This document shows, one piece after another, positions 63,637-64,000 of a stretch of 64,000 bases of DNA. The stretch is from Phoronis australis. Its lineage: Eukaryota; Animalia; Phoronida. The position numbers were made by a program, and so were the translations under genes. A model generated the notes under the pieces. It worked only from the letters and a program-made list of their open reading frames with translations, was not told the DNA's origin and ran no database searches. Position 1 is the stretch's first letter; each line of letters begins with the position of its first letter. The stretch spans positions 76,597-140,596 of the forward strand of contig NMRA01000652.1 of NCBI GenBank assembly GCA_002633005.1. Reading direction: 5' to 3'.

Positions 63637-64000
63637 TTTCAGAAAAAGGAAGACAGTTCTATTAATCGTTTCAACTTCACTTGAACCAATCAATGCTGAG
63701 GGTGCCAGTAAGCTCCCTACGGAAACGCTAGTGGTTTTGCGTGGTCTCGCGCCATCTTACTTTTTGCCAGTAGTACACTTTTCGACGTGGTGTGAGCCAG
63801 TCCGACGGAATTAGCCGGACTACTCGGGGGATCAAACTGAACTGAATTGAGCTGTCTCAAACATACAATATGAAATCAAGATTTAAATTTATCATTTTCA
63901 TATTTCATGATTCTCTCCGTCTTTTTCAGAGTGTATCATTTGTCGTGTCATATTTGCATGTGTTGTTTGAGACTCATTGACACTGACAGGTTTTCCTTTC

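Overview
Eukaryotic genomic DNA, most likely an invertebrate animal (inferred from intron-rich genes and repeat types), so the short-ORF track is mostly uninformative. Manual splicing gives five genes. (1) The first five coding exons of Ku70/XRCC6 on the minus strand (518-3860, continuing off the left edge). (2) A complete 26-exon DDB1 gene head-to-head with it (4216-31068, 1139 aa), with one GC-AG intron and one U12-type AT-AC intron. (3) An 8-exon MINPP1-like histidine acid phosphatase on the minus strand (37493-46743, 490 aa) with a signal peptide and a hydrophobic, GPI-signal-like tail. (4-5) Two tandem paralogues encoding signal peptide + PAN/apple-like + fibrinogen-related domain proteins (49628-52351, 57121-63636). 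Introns and intergenic DNA contain nested foldback/MITE elements with readable 6-, 8- and 9-bp target-site duplications, an internally deleted hAT element, LINE fragments and minisatellites. Several duplications next to N characters look like assembly or haplotype artefacts. I cannot show a wholly new biological system from sequence alone. The best leads are the Ku70-DDB1 bidirectional pair, a minisatellite that multiplies the DDB1 exon-10 splice donor and carries a U1-like anti-donor sequence, and the diverging PAN-FReD pair.
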